A stretch of 64,000 nt of DNA from Beijerinckiaceae bacterium (GTDB lineage Bacteria > Pseudomonadota > Alphaproteobacteria > Rhizobiales > Beijerinckiaceae): assembly GCA_947456505.1 (NCBI GenBank), contig CANGTC010000005.1, positions 3,577-67,576 of the forward strand, given 5' to 3'. This document shows, piece after piece, positions 27,184-36,655 of this stretch. The notes under the pieces are model-generated. The model was not told the origin of the DNA. It was given only the letters and a program-made list of their open reading frames with translations, and searched no databases. Every line of letters starts with the position of its first letter. Position 1 is the stretch's first letter. The translations under genes and the position numbers were made by a program.

Positions 27184-28041
27184 ATGGCGGATCTGGACAT
27201 CCACGAACCCGGCGATCTGACGGAAGCCTTCTCTCTTCTGTCAGAGACAGACGGCGCAGCCCGCCCCATGGGCGGGGGTACGGCCCTGATGCTGATGATG
27301 AAGGCGCAGCTTTTCAAACCTTCGGCGCTCGTCAGCCTCGCCAAGGTGGATCCGCGTTTTCATGGGGTGGAGCTGAGCGCCGATGGCGGGACATTCTCCA
27401 TCGGCGCCATGACCACCTTCGCGGAGCTGGAGCACAATAAGGATCTGTGCGACCGCCTCCCCGTCATCGCCCAGACCATGGTGACCCTCGCCAACCCTCG
27501 CGTACGCAATGTGGCGACCATCGGCGGCAATCTCGCCCATGCGGACCCCCATCTCGACCTGCCGCCCGTTTGGGCGTCGCTCGATGCGGAGGTCTCGGTG
27601 ATCGGCCCGCAAGGCGAACGCCGATTTCCCGTGATCGACCTCTTTGCTGGCTATTACGAAACCACGCTTCAGCCCGGCGAGCTGATCATGCGCCTGCATG
27701 CGCCGGTGCAAGACGGCTGGCGGCGGCGCTATGTGAAGGTCACGACGCGCTCGGCCCATGACTGGCCCGCCATCGGCATCGCCATCGGCGTGAAAATGAA
27801 CGGCGCGCAATGCGAGGATCTCCGCCTGATCCTGAGCGCCGCCACGGATCGCCCAACGCGCCTTGTCGAAGCGGAGACTGTCCTGCGTGGCCAGACCATC
27901 ACGGATGATTTGCTCGCGGCGGCTGGCAAAACGGCGGCAAGCGAGGTTCATATCGAGACCGATAGCCGTGGGGCCACCGACTACAAGGCCCATTTGCTGA
28001 GCGTACATCTGAAGCGTGCGCTGCACGACCTGTGTGAGTGA
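27184..28041 (+). CDS. Mo-hydroxylase FAD subunit, module 3
   Basis: MGGGTAL, RVRNVATIGGNLAHADP; alternative GTG start 27175. Confidence 0.93.
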   Translation: MADLDIHEPGDLTEAFSLLSETDGAARPMGGGTALMLMMKAQLFKPSALVSLAKVDPRFHGVELSADGGTFSIGAMTTFAELEHNKDLCDRLPVIAQTMVTLANPRVRNVATIGGNLAHADPHLDLPPVWASLDAEVSVIGPQGERRFPVIDLFAGYYETTLQPGELIMRLHAPVQDGWRRRYVKVTTRSAHDWPAIGIAIGVKMNGAQCEDLRLILSAATDRPTRLVEAETVLRGQTITDDLLAAAGKTAASEVHIETDSRGATDYKAHLLSVHLKRALHDLCE

Positions 28042-28045
28042 AGCC

Positions 28046-30331
28046 ATGTCAGACCTCAATCCCTCGCCCCAAATCGGCCGTTCCATCCCCCGCCTGGAGG
28101 CCCGCGCCAAGGTCACCGGTCGTACCGAATATGTGCACCATCTGCGCCTGCCGGGCATGCTCCATGGCAAGATCTTCCGCAGCACCGTACCCCATGCGCT
28201 GATCAGAAAGATTGACGTCTCGGCGGCGGCGGCGCTGGAAGGTGTCTACCGCGTCGTCACCATCGACGACATCAAGACCGTCTTACCCCACCCCTATTAT
28301 GGTCCCGCCTTCCATGACCAGCCCGTGCTGGCCGATGGCAAGGTGCGCTTTGCGGGCGAACCGGTAGCCGTTGTGCTGGCCTATGATCGAAAGATCGCGG
28401 AGGAGGCGCTGGGGCTGATCGAAGTGGAATATGAGGAACTGCCCGCCGTCTTCGACGAAATGGAGGCTGCGGAGTCCAAAACACTGGTCCATGACGAGTT
28501 GAAGCCAGCCGCCACCTTCCCGGACCTGCAGCATCTCAAGGGCCGGCGCGGCACCAATATCGCGCTGGACTACAAGCTGAGGCGCGGCGATGTCGAGGCG
28601 GCCTTCGCTTCGGCCGATCATGTGTTCGAACATGAATTCCGCACCCAGCAGGTCATGCATATCCCCATGGAGCCCTTCGTCACCATCGCGGATGTGGCGG
28701 ATGGACAAGCGACGATCCATACGGCCTCGCAAGGCCCTTCCTTCGTGCGCATAGAAATGGCGCGATTCCTTGGGTTGCCCGAGAACAAGGTGCGTGTGAA
28801 GGTGCCGCATCTGGGCGGCGGCTTTGGCGGCAAGCTCTATATAAAGCTGGAGGCGCTGGTCACATCGCTCTCCCTGCTGGTGGGCAAGCCGGTGAAGATA
28901 TCGCTGACCATGGAAGAGCAATTCTTCATGGTGACGCGCCACCCCTGCACCTTCAGGATCAAGAGCGCCCTCACCAAGGACGGCAAGATCACCGCGCGTC
29001 AATGCCGGATCTGGTGGAATGGCGGCGCCTATGCGGACATAGGCCCGCGCGTGACGCAGAAGGCGGGGTTCACCTCCGCCGGGCCCTATGACATCGACAA
29101 TGTCTGGATAGACTCATACGCTGTATATACGAACCGCCCACCGGCTGGCGCGTTGCGCGGCTTTGGGGCGCCGCAGACGGCCTGGGCCTATGAGTGCCAT
29201 ATGGACATGATGGCGCGGGAGCTGGGTCTCGACCCCGCCGACTTCCGCCGTCGCAACATCCTGCGCAATGGTCGCCCGCAAGCCTCGGGAACGCTGCTGC
29301 GAGATGCGGACATCGAGGCTTCCATGGATCAGGTGATGGGACACCTGAACTGGGACAAGCCTTTTAATCACGGGACGGGCGTAGTGCGGCGCGGTCGTGG
29401 CCTCGGCATTGGCTTCAAGGGAATAACGGCGCCGACGACTTCAGTCGCCATCGTCAATCTCTACGGCGATGGCAGCTGCGCGCTCTATATTGGCACGGTC
29501 GACATGGGCCAGGGCTCTGATACGGTCATGGCGCAGATCGCGGGCGAAGTGCTGAATATGGACGCCACCGCCATCAAGGTGATCCATCCCGACACCGATG
29601 TGACGCCCTATGACATGGGCACGCTGGGCTCCCGCTCAACCTTCCATATGGGCACGGCAGTACGGCTTGCAGCTGAAGACGCGCGCAACAAGATCGAAGA
29701 ACTCGCCCGCGACCTTGGACTGCCGCCAGGATCAAACCTGCCGGTGGCGGAGTTGCTGCGCAAGAAATATGGCATGCAGGCAGGCAATATCATTGGGACG
29801 GGCAGTTTCATCCCCGATTACGAAAAGCCCGATTCCGAGACCGGCCAATCACGCAAGGCGACGCCCTTCTGGGGCGTGGGCGCCAGCGGGGCGGAAGTTG
29901 AAGTGGATATGGAGACGGGCCAGTTCACCGTGACCAAGCTCATCAATGTCGCAGACATCGGCGTGCCCATCAATCCCAAGCTGGCGAAGGTGCAACTCTC
30001 GGGCGCGGGGATCATGCAATATGGTTTCACCACCACCGAGAACATGATCTTCCAGAACGGCCAGCTCACCAATGGCTCGCTGGCGGACTACAAGATCCCG
30101 AGCCTGCTGGACATGCCACTCAGCTATATCAACGAGCCGACGCAGTCGCACGACCCCGAAGGCCCCTTCGGCGCCAAGGGCGCTGGCGAGAGCACCACCA
30201 TCGCCCTCTCGCCCGCCATAGGCAACGCCATCGCCGACGCCATCGGCGTGCATCTGCTGGATCTGCCGATCACGCCGGAGTCTGTCTACCGGGCTATTCA
30301 GTCTGTCAAATCAGCCAAGACGGGAGCCTGA
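28046..30331 (+). CDS. Mo-hydroxylase molybdopterin subunit, module 3 (XDH/nicotinate dehydrogenase-type)
   Basis: LGGGFGGK, loop ALRGFGAPQ, DMGQG, GSR, GPFGAKGAGE. Confidence 0.95.
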   Translation: MSDLNPSPQIGRSIPRLEARAKVTGRTEYVHHLRLPGMLHGKIFRSTVPHALIRKIDVSAAAALEGVYRVVTIDDIKTVLPHPYYGPAFHDQPVLADGKVRFAGEPVAVVLAYDRKIAEEALGLIEVEYEELPAVFDEMEAAESKTLVHDELKPAATFPDLQHLKGRRGTNIALDYKLRRGDVEAAFASADHVFEHEFRTQQVMHIPMEPFVTIADVADGQATIHTASQGPSFVRIEMARFLGLPENKVRVKVPHLGGGFGGKLYIKLEALVTSLSLLVGKPVKISLTMEEQFFMVTRHPCTFRIKSALTKDGKITARQCRIWWNGGAYADIGPRVTQKAGFTSAGPYDIDNVWIDSYAVYTNRPPAGALRGFGAPQTAWAYECHMDMMARELGLDPADFRRRNILRNGRPQASGTLLRDADIEASMDQVMGHLNWDKPFNHGTGVVRRGRGLGIGFKGITAPTTSVAIVNLYGDGSCALYIGTVDMGQGSDTVMAQIAGEVLNMDATAIKVIHPDTDVTPYDMGTLGSRSTFHMGTAVRLAAEDARNKIEELARDLGLPPGSNLPVAELLRKKYGMQAGNIIGTGSFIPDYEKPDSETGQSRKATPFWGVGASGAEVEVDMETGQFTVTKLINVADIGVPINPKLAKVQLSGAGIMQYGFTTTENMIFQNGQLTNGSLADYKIPSLLDMPLSYINEPTQSHDPEGPFGAKGAGESTTIALSPAIGNAIADAIGVHLLDLPITPESVYRAIQSVKSAKTGA

Positions 30332-30332
30332 C

Positions 30333-30806
30333 ATGAGCACCCATCGTCTCATTCGCTTCACCCTGAATGGCGTCGCATGCAAGGCCATGGTCTCCTCGCA
30401 GGACACGCTGATTGACCTGCTGCAGAACCAGTTCGATCTGAAAGGCGCCCGAGAGAGTTGCGCTCAGGGCCTTTGCGGTTGCTGCACCGTCTATATGAAT
30501 AGCAAGGCGATATCCGCCTGCCTCAGTCTCGCATGGTTCGCCGATGGAGCCGAGATCCGCACCATTGAGGGCCTTGCAAATGGCGAGACGCTCGATCCGG
30601 TGCAGCAGGCCTTCATCGATGCAGGCGCCTTCCAGTGCGGCTTTTGCACCTCCGGCTTCATCATGATGACGAAGAAGCTGCTGGAGGAGAATCCCCATCC
30701 CACCGAGGAGGAGATCCGCCACTATCTCGTCGGCAATCTGTGCCGCTGCTCCGCCTATCCGGAGATCATCGACGCGGTGAAGACTCTGTCGCGCCGCGCG
30801 GGTTGA
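30333..30806 (+). CDS. Mo-hydroxylase [2Fe-2S] subunit, module 3
   Basis: SCAQGLCGCCT, QCGFCTSG, NLCRC. Confidence 0.95.
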   Translation: MSTHRLIRFTLNGVACKAMVSSQDTLIDLLQNQFDLKGARESCAQGLCGCCTVYMNSKAISACLSLAWFADGAEIRTIEGLANGETLDPVQQAFIDAGAFQCGFCTSGFIMMTKKLLEENPHPTEEEIRHYLVGNLCRCSAYPEIIDAVKTLSRRAG

Positions 30807-30822
30807 GCAGGAGCAAAGTGGC

Positions 30823-32295
30823 TCATGTGCCGCAGAAGGTCCGCGTCACCCGCTCTTCTGGCGTGGCGGGCAGCATGAACTCTGCGGATTCCGGCTGGTC
30901 TTCGTAGGGGCGCTCCAGAATCGCGCAGAGCTTGTGGAAAGGCTCGAAATCATCGCGCGTCTCCGCAGCATCGATGACGGCGGCGATGCGGTGATTGCGC
31001 GGAATGAAGGCGGGATTGACCTGCCGCATGGCTCGCGCCCGCTCCTCTCCCGCCATCCCCTCGGAGGCCATGCGCGCGCGCCATTTTTCCGCAAAACCAG
31101 CAAAACTGGAGGGGTCTGCAAACAAGGAGGCGACCTGCGCATCCGCAGCCTCGCTCTGAGCGGCGTCGCAAAGTTTGCGGAAGGTCAGCGTGAAATCAGC
31201 CTTGTTGGCGGTCATACGCTGGAAGAGATCCAGCACCAGCGCGCCATCCTCGGCGCGGTCTTCGTGCAGACCCAACTTGCGACGCAGGCCACCGAGGTAG
31301 GCGCTCTGGAAATGGTCGCGGAACGAGGACAGAGCCGCCTTGATCAAACCAGCTGTTTCCTCGCCATCGCCCATCAGCACAGTCAGACATTCCCCAAGTC
31401 GCGCAAGATTCCATTGGGCGATGCTAGCCTGGTTCGCATAGGCGTAACGGCCCTGAGTGTCGATGGAGGAAAAAACAGTCCGCGCGTCATAGGCTTCCAT
31501 GAAGGCGCAGGGGCCATAATCGATGGTCTCGCCGGAGATGGTCATGTTATCGGTGTTCATCACACCATGGATAAATCCTACAAGAACCCATTGGGCGACG
31601 AGTTTGGCTTGTCGTTCCACAACAGCGGCAAGCAATGCCGCAGGGGAATGTGGCGCCTCTGCAAGCTCCGGATAATGGCGAGCGATGACATGGTCGGTGA
31701 GCAGGCGAAGCGCTTCGATCTCGCTGCGCGCAGCGAAATATTGAAAGGTGCCAACGCGAATATGACTCGCCGCCACCCTTGTGAGGACCCCGCCCGGCAA
31801 AGCGCCCTCACGATAGACCCATTCGCCCGTGGTCACAGCCGCAAGCGAACGCGTTGTGGGAACGCCCAGGGCAAACATGGCCTCACTGACGATGTATTCC
31901 CGTAGCACCGGCCCGAGGGCGGCCCGGCCATCTCCACGCCGAGAGAAAGGCGTCATGCCTGAGCCTTTCAATTGAATGTCGCGACGCTCTCCCGCAGGCG
32001 TCATGATTTCACCCAAAAGGATCGCACGCCCATCGCCAAGCTCTGGATTAAAGTAACCAAATTGATGCCCGGCATAGGCGCTGGCGATTGGCTCCGCCAA
32101 ATCCGGAACCCGGTTGCCTGCAAGAACCTCCAGACCCTCGGGCGAAGCGAGACTGTCGAGATCCAGCCCCAGTTCGCGCGCAAGCGCAGCATTCAGTTTC
32201 ACCAATCGGGGCGCAGCAACCGGCGTGGGCGCGACCGAAGCGTGAAATACAGACGGGAGCCTGGCGTAGCTGTTATCATAAAAGGGGAAAATCAT
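30823..32295 (-). CDS. selO: Protein adenylyltransferase SelO (YdiU family)
   Basis: YAGHQFG, LGDGRA, QLKGSG, SRRGDGRA, HGVMNTDN, IDYGP, NPAFIPRNH, C-terminal TFCGT. Confidence 0.95.
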   Translation of the reverse strand: MIFPFYDNSYARLPSVFHASVAPTPVAAPRLVKLNAALARELGLDLDSLASPEGLEVLAGNRVPDLAEPIASAYAGHQFGYFNPELGDGRAILLGEIMTPAGERRDIQLKGSGMTPFSRRGDGRAALGPVLREYIVSEAMFALGVPTTRSLAAVTTGEWVYREGALPGGVLTRVAASHIRVGTFQYFAARSEIEALRLLTDHVIARHYPELAEAPHSPAALLAAVVERQAKLVAQWVLVGFIHGVMNTDNMTISGETIDYGPCAFMEAYDARTVFSSIDTQGRYAYANQASIAQWNLARLGECLTVLMGDGEETAGLIKAALSSFRDHFQSAYLGGLRRKLGLHEDRAEDGALVLDLFQRMTANKADFTLTFRKLCDAAQSEAADAQVASLFADPSSFAGFAEKWRARMASEGMAGEERARAMRQVNPAFIPRNHRIAAVIDAAETRDDFEPFHKLCAILERPYEDQPESAEFMLPATPEERVTRTFCGT

Positions 32296-32617
32296 TCGTC
32301 ACCAAACCTGTTTCCAAGCCCGGCCCCATAGCTTCATAGCGATGATCGGCAAGGCCGATGGCACAAGGCGAAGGCCGATTATGACTGATTTGCTGAGGGG
32401 GGAAAGCGGTAAACACAGGAGCTTTTTTTCCTACCTCATAAGCCGACGATCCATTCGCAGGCGTTTTCCATTCCTCCGTCAACGCCCACAAATCAAGCCT
32501 CAATGTGATTGACATTTGCGCTTGAGCCTTTTCCCGGGTTCTGACACACTCTTAAATGACGGCTTTGTTCGTTTTAACTCGGTATGAGGTCCATGCGCCA
32601 ACAAAAATGAGATTTAA

Positions 32618-33646
32618 ATGATTGTGCAAAGAGTGCAGCGACTTGCATGTGCTTTTGGTTTCGTCGCGGCCTTCGCCGGACCAGCCTGCGCCGACGCGGC
32701 TGACGATTTTTTTAAAAACAAAACAGTGACTTTAATGGTTGGTTACTCCGCCGGTGGGGGCTTCGATCTTTATGCCCGAAGCTTCACGAAATTCTTTCGA
32801 AACCATCTGCCGGGCAATCCCAATGTCATAGTGCAGAACATGCCCGGCGCAGGATCGCTCACTGCTACGAATTATATCAGCAATGTGGCCGCCAAGGACG
32901 GAAGCGTGATCGCCATCGCCCGCGCCCCGGTCATGGAATTGTTGGCGGGCACGTCAAGCTCGGCGTTCGACCCTCTCAAACTGACCTGGATCGGCAATGG
33001 CGCAGCTGAACTTACTGTTTGCGGCATTCTCAACAACCCCAACGTGCGCACGATTACCGATGCGCAAAAGGTCCCCTTCACACTCGCAGGCCTGGGACCA
33101 GGATCTGATGAGGACATGTTCACGAAGGTTCTGAACCAGCTCTTCGGATTGCAGGCGCGACTGGTCAATGGCTACCCCGCCGGCGCCGAAGCTATGCTGG
33201 CGGTGGAGCGCGGCGAGGTCGACGGACGCTGCGGTTGGTCCTATTCGAGCCTGCAACTGGCGAAACCGCAATGGATCGCTGAGCGTCGCGTGAGTTTCCT
33301 CGCCACCCTCACCATGGCGCGGTCGCCAAAACTTCCCAATACGCCATCGATCATGGAATATGCCGCCACAGAACGGCAGCGCCGGATCCTTGGATTGGTC
33401 ATCCAATCGCAGATGATGGGCCGCCCCATTTTCGCGCCGCCGGGCGTTCCTGCCGAACGAACCCGCGCCCTACGGCTGGCGTTTGAAAAAACCATGAAAG
33501 ACCCTGGCTTTATCGCCGATCGAACGGGAGTGAATGAAGAGGTCAATCCAAGTTCTGCTGAAGAGGTCGAGGCGCTGCTGAAGACCCTCTTCGAAACGCC
33601 AAAGGAGTTGGTTGAGGAGACAAAGCAAATCATCGCCGCCCGATGA
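32618..33646 (+). CDS. Bug/TctC-family solute-binding protein 4
   Basis: Signal peptide, VGYSAGGGFD, NMPGAG, VERGEVDG. Confidence 0.9.
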   Translation: MIVQRVQRLACAFGFVAAFAGPACADAADDFFKNKTVTLMVGYSAGGGFDLYARSFTKFFRNHLPGNPNVIVQNMPGAGSLTATNYISNVAAKDGSVIAIARAPVMELLAGTSSSAFDPLKLTWIGNGAAELTVCGILNNPNVRTITDAQKVPFTLAGLGPGSDEDMFTKVLNQLFGLQARLVNGYPAGAEAMLAVERGEVDGRCGWSYSSLQLAKPQWIAERRVSFLATLTMARSPKLPNTPSIMEYAATERQRRILGLVIQSQMMGRPIFAPPGVPAERTRALRLAFEKTMKDPGFIADRTGVNEEVNPSSAEEVEALLKTLFETPKELVEETKQIIAAR

Positions 33647-33725
33647 CAGCGGCTACAGGAGCGAAAGCGGACCTGAACCGAGCAACAACCCGTCCAGCCA
33701 TTGAATGACAAAAGGGAGAAGTCGC

Positions 33726-34661
33726 ATGAAAAATCTGGTGCTTGAATCAACCTCGCCCTTCCAGGGCCTGCCCGAACTCGTCGCCTTCAATGAGGGTCTC
33801 TTTGAACAGGAGGGCGTTCAGGTCACCTGGGCTGACCGCGATGAGGCCGGCGTCAAGACCGTCGCCAAAGATGAGAGCAATCCGCTGGGTGTCAACCCCT
33901 TCGGCAGCCATGGCAAACTGCTCGAGCAGGGCAAGGCGGACATGTATAACGCCTGTGAATGGGGCAATTATTGTCGCGTGGAGGATACAGGCGTCGGCTC
34001 GCGCCAGCTCGGCCGTCGCGCCATCGTGACCTATGCCGCCATTGTCGTACGGCCGGATTCGCCTGTTTATACGGCCCAGCAACTCGCGAACCGTTCTGTT
34101 GGCGTGCCATTCTACGCAGGCACCCATTATCTGGCTCTGCACCTGCTGAGCGGCTTCCTGCCGCGCGATCTCGTCAAGGTCGTGCCCGCGCCCAGCGGCT
34201 CTCGCAATCGCTACAACGCCATGATGCGCGGGGACATTGAGGCGGCCACGCTGACAGAGCCCTATATCTCGCTGGCCGAGAAAAATGGTTGCCGCGTGAT
34301 ATGCTCAGCATTTTATCATGGCACCGAAGTCGCCTCCGAGCGGGTGGACGCCGACACCTATGCGCGGTTCAACCGTGCGGTGAAGGAAGCGGTCAAACGC
34401 ATCAACGCCAACAAGGAAAAGTATCTCCAGTACTTCATCGACTATCACAAGGCGAAGGACCCTGAGATCGGGCAGTTGACCCTAAGCGACCTGCGCGCCA
34501 GCCGCATTGTCGTCTGTGATCCAGCCCCCATCCCGCAAGATGAACTGGAGCGGACTACCGAGTGGGTCAAGAGCTGGGGCATGCTCGAAGAGACCGAATC
34601 GCCGCTTGATCTTGTCAATGTGCTCATCCAGGAGGAAGCGCACCGGCCTGCCGCTGAATAG
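33726..34661 (+). CDS. NMT1/THI5/DszB-like PBP-fold protein without signal peptide
   Basis: VAFNEGLFEQEGV, VRPDSP, GTHY, GDIEAATLTEPY; GGGAG RBS; hydrophilic N-terminus; ACEWGNYC motif. Confidence 0.75.
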   Translation: MKNLVLESTSPFQGLPELVAFNEGLFEQEGVQVTWADRDEAGVKTVAKDESNPLGVNPFGSHGKLLEQGKADMYNACEWGNYCRVEDTGVGSRQLGRRAIVTYAAIVVRPDSPVYTAQQLANRSVGVPFYAGTHYLALHLLSGFLPRDLVKVVPAPSGSRNRYNAMMRGDIEAATLTEPYISLAEKNGCRVICSAFYHGTEVASERVDADTYARFNRAVKEAVKRINANKEKYLQYFIDYHKAKDPEIGQLTLSDLRASRIVVCDPAPIPQDELERTTEWVKSWGMLEETESPLDLVNVLIQEEAHRPAAE

Positions 34662-34686
34662 CCTCACGCTTCATTTCTACAAGGTA

Positions 34687-34723
34687 AAGCGCGCAAAGCC
34701 CCGGCCTTGCGCGTTTTCGTTTT
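34687..34723 (+). terminator. Intrinsic terminator-like hairpin
   Basis: AAGCGCGCAA...TTGCGCGTTT stem followed by TCGTTTT. Confidence 0.55.
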
Positions 34724-34831
34724 CCAAAGCGCCTAGCCTGGGGTCGCCCGCCGATTACGCCTTGCCAAAGGGGGGGCTGCCTGCTTTGATCCGGCCCCAC
34801 ATTGGTCATCCCACAATACAGGAGAGGTATT

Positions 34832-36079
34832 GTGTCTGCGCTTTCAATCGAGGACGACGCCCCGTTCATCTGGCCTGGCGATGATACGTCGCGTGCGCCC
34901 TATCGCGTCTACACGGACCCCCATATCTACGCGATGGAACAGAAGAACCTGTTCCAGGGCCCGACATGGAATTTCCTTTGCCTTGATGTCGAGATCCCGA
35001 ATCCCGGCGACTACAAAACGACCTTCGTTGGCGATGCGCCAATCATCGTGGTTCGCACAAAAGATGGCGGCGTCAACGCCCTGATGAACCGCTGCGCCCA
35101 CAAGGGCTCGCTCATCTGTTACAAGCCGCGCGGCAATGTGCAGGAATTGACCTGTGTCTACCATAACTGGGTCTACAATCTCGACGGTAAGCTGACGGGC
35201 GTCGCATTCCGCAAGGGCGTCGGCGGCAAGGGTGGCGTCGGACCCGAATTCAATGCTGATGAGCATAATCTGGTTCGGCTGCGTGTCGACACCTATCGCG
35301 GCCTTGTGTTCGGTTCCTTCAGCGAAGAGACGCCCCCATTCAAGGATTATATCGGCGCGGAACTGATCGCCTCGATCGATCGGGTCTTCATCAAGCCCCT
35401 CAAGGTTCTGGGCTATCATAGCCAGATGTTGCCGAACAACTGGAAGCTCTATGCTGAAAACAACAAGGACTCCTATCACGCAAGCCTGCTGCATGTGTTC
35501 CACAACACCTTCGGCGTCGTGCGTCCCAACATGGGCGGCGGCATCAAGCTCAGCGAAAATGGCTGGCATCATCTGAGTTATACGGAGCGTACCCCGCCCA
35601 ACGATGATGAGACGGGTCGGGAGAAGGTTCGGTCGCTGAAGGAGCAATATAAACTCCATGACTCCACCATGATGGAGCACCGGCTTGAACTCGGGGATCT
35701 CGTCACGAACTCGATCCAGACCATCTTCCCCAATCTCGTCGTGCAACAAATCCTTAATTGCCTGGCTGTGCGGCAATTGATTCCGCGTGGCGTCGATAGC
35801 AGCGAACTCATCTGGACTGTGCTCGGGTTCGCAGACGACACCGAGGATATGACGGCACTACGGCTTAAAGCGAACAACCTCGTGGGGCCGGCTGGCTTCA
35901 TCTCCATGGAGGATGGGTGCGTGGGCGGCTTTGTGCAGCGGGCGGCCAAAGCCGATCCGGAAGCGCGGACGATCATGCCCATGGGTGGGAGCGGCATTGA
36001 GCCCAGCGCAGGCTCCCGCGTCACAGAATCCGCTGTTCGCGGATTCTGGAAGGGCTGGCGCGACTGTATGAAAATTTGA
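34832..36079 (+). CDS. Rieske aromatic-ring-hydroxylating oxygenase alpha subunit (terephthalate/anthranilate/salicylate 5-hydroxylase group)
   Basis: NRCAHKG...CVYHNW Rieske site, NWKLYAEN-KDSYHASLLH mononuclear Fe site, GPAGFISMEDG; GGAGAGG RBS before GTG 34832. Confidence 0.93.
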   Translation: MSALSIEDDAPFIWPGDDTSRAPYRVYTDPHIYAMEQKNLFQGPTWNFLCLDVEIPNPGDYKTTFVGDAPIIVVRTKDGGVNALMNRCAHKGSLICYKPRGNVQELTCVYHNWVYNLDGKLTGVAFRKGVGGKGGVGPEFNADEHNLVRLRVDTYRGLVFGSFSEETPPFKDYIGAELIASIDRVFIKPLKVLGYHSQMLPNNWKLYAENNKDSYHASLLHVFHNTFGVVRPNMGGGIKLSENGWHHLSYTERTPPNDDETGREKVRSLKEQYKLHDSTMMEHRLELGDLVTNSIQTIFPNLVVQQILNCLAVRQLIPRGVDSSELIWTVLGFADDTEDMTALRLKANNLVGPAGFISMEDGCVGGFVQRAAKADPEARTIMPMGGSGIEPSAGSRVTESAVRGFWKGWRDCMKI

Positions 36080-36107
36080 CCCGCGCAATAAGGCGGACGA
36101 TCCCATC

Positions 36108-36599
36108 ATGAGCTTACCAACAACAACCGAAAAACTCATGGCCCGACTGACGGTCGAGGCCTTCCTGGCGGAATACATGCTTGCGCTCGACGCCGACCGG
36201 CTTGAGGAATGGCATGAATTCTTCACAGAGGACGGAAGTTACCGCGTGACCACGCGCGAAAACGCAGAACTTGGGCTGCCGCTGGATCTCATGTCCTGCA
36301 AGGGGCACGGCATGTTCAAGGATCGCATCACGGCTCTGCGCACCGCGAATATTTTCGAGCCTCATGTCTACTGCCACATCCCCGGCGCCCTGCGCGTGAT
36401 CGATATGAAGGATGGGGTGGTTGACTGCGAGAGCACCTTCACGGTCGTTCGCACCACCAACCACGGGGACATGTGCGTCTTCGTATGTGGGCGGACCCAT
36501 GATCGCGTCAAGCTTGGCGAGGCGGGCCCCAAGCTCGTCACTCGGACAGTGATCCTGGATTCACGCCAAATCGACACCCTGCTTGTCATTCCGCTCTGA
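36108..36599 (+). CDS. Rieske oxygenase beta subunit
   Basis: LDADRLEEW-EFFTEDGSY, TREN, DRI-ALRTANIFEPH, DS-QIDTLLVIPL. Confidence 0.92.
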   Translation: MSLPTTTEKLMARLTVEAFLAEYMLALDADRLEEWHEFFTEDGSYRVTTRENAELGLPLDLMSCKGHGMFKDRITALRTANIFEPHVYCHIPGALRVIDMKDGVVDCESTFTVVRTTNHGDMCVFVCGRTHDRVKLGEAGPKLVTRTVILDSRQIDTLLVIPL

Positions 36600-36655
36600 A
36601 CAGGCGCCCGTCATGTGAAGAATGAGATTGTCCGACAAGGGATCCGGAGGCCCAG

